Below are positions 35,574-36,247 of a stretch of 36,247 nucleotides of DNA, piece by piece. The translations under genes and the position numbers were made by a program. The DNA is taken from the IMG/VR virus record IMGVR_UViG_3300020044_002592, positions 1 to 36,247 of that record; one strand, given 5' to 3'. The stretch comes from a virus. Taxonomy: Duplodnaviria; Caudoviricetes. The stretch's first letter is position 1; the number at the start of each line of letters is the position of its first letter. The notes below the pieces were generated by a model. That model did no database searches, was not told the origin of the DNA, and saw only the letters and a program-made list of their open reading frames with translations.

Positions 35574-36247
35574 ATGAAACTGTCCACTGTCGCGCACTTG
35601 AAGGAGTGCGCACGTTCACTATGGCCAAGCGTCCAAGAGGCGACCAAGGCGAGAGAGAAGGCGTTAGGGGTCATTCAAGAGGCCAATAGGTCTCTTGAAT
35701 CCACCACAGGCGTTCTATCGATCGCATATCTGGCACTGTGCCAGAATCGTCCCGAAGGCGTAACGCTTGAGAAGGTTCGTGACTACGTCCCCCAAGGATG
35801 GCAGACACGCATTACCAAGGAGACATTCGATAGTGCGCTACGCGAGGCGAACGCCTTTCTAGTCCGTTTCACCAAGGCCGATAAGGCCACCAAGGTAGAA
35901 GGCGAGACTATTGGGGATGACCCTCAAGCGTTTCTTTCTAGGTTCGGTTCGGTTCGTAAGGCCGATAAGGCGTTGAAAGGTTCGTTAGGCGTAGCGCCTC
36001 AAGTCAAGAAGGCGACCAAGGCCACCAAGGCCAAGGCCGATAACGCTAAGGCTATTCAAAAGGCCTTTACGTCGAATCCACCTTCTAGGCGTATCGATGT
36101 TGAGGGCCAGAATGTCCGTGCCGATATCGTCACGGCCTTTCAGAATATGGCACTATCTGATGCGCAAGTACTTTTGGCAGAATGCCAAGATATTCTTGCC
36201 AAGCGTGAGGCCGTAGCGTCCAAGGTGATTGCGTCGAAGAGGCCTAC
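35574..36247 (+). CDS. Lys/Ala-rich hypothetical protein, 3'-truncated (MKLSTVAHLKECARSLWPSVQEATKAREKA...)
   Basis: GAGGAG SD, ATG 35574, open for more than 220 codons to the window end; missed by the ORF track because there is no stop. Confidence 0.8.
   Translation, partial: MKLSTVAHLKECARSLWPSVQEATKAREKALGVIQEANRSLESTTGVLSIAYLALCQNRPEGVTLEKVRDYVPQGWQTRITKETFDSALREANAFLVRFTKADKATKVEGETIGDDPQAFLSRFGSVRKADKALKGSLGVAPQVKKATKATKAKADNAKAIQKAFTSNPPSRRIDVEGQNVRADIVTAFQNMALSDAQVLLAECQDILAKREAVASKVIASKRP

Noticed and set aside
1-36247. Stop-codon reassignment or alternative genetic code
   Set aside because: All core genes are intact under code 11, and TAA, TAG and TGA are all used as stops

Overview
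Near-complete genome of a tailed dsDNA phage with podovirus-type morphogenesis genes. It probably infects an actinobacterium, since it encodes a WhiB-family regulator. Left to right: (i) four small leftward genes, two of them very basic (1-1221); (ii) a divergent promoter region followed by a ~23 kb rightward late arm with small terminase, a tail-fibre/accessory cassette, large terminase, holin candidates, P22/SU10-like portal, scaffold, major capsid, adaptor, tail nozzle, ejection/internal virion proteins including a 2120-aa protein, and an M15 endolysin (1358-24691); (iii) a leftward early/replication arm with a sigma-70 region 4-like/DUF1599-like fusion, PD-(D/E)XK nucleases, RusA, AEP primase, DnaB-like helicase, WhiB, a secreted lytic transglycosylase, DUF932, GP88-like and small hypotheticals (24688-35400); (iv) a divergent Lys/Ala-rich ORF running off the right end. 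I saw no DNA polymerase, RNA polymerase, integrase, tRNA or CRISPR array. The most notable signals are non-coding: a recurring (G)TAACG-N11-TAGT element before late genes, a thrice-repeated 17-bp palindrome TGTAGG-N5-CCTACA before early genes, and two related multi-hairpin leaders. All family assignments are by eye from motifs, not from database searches.
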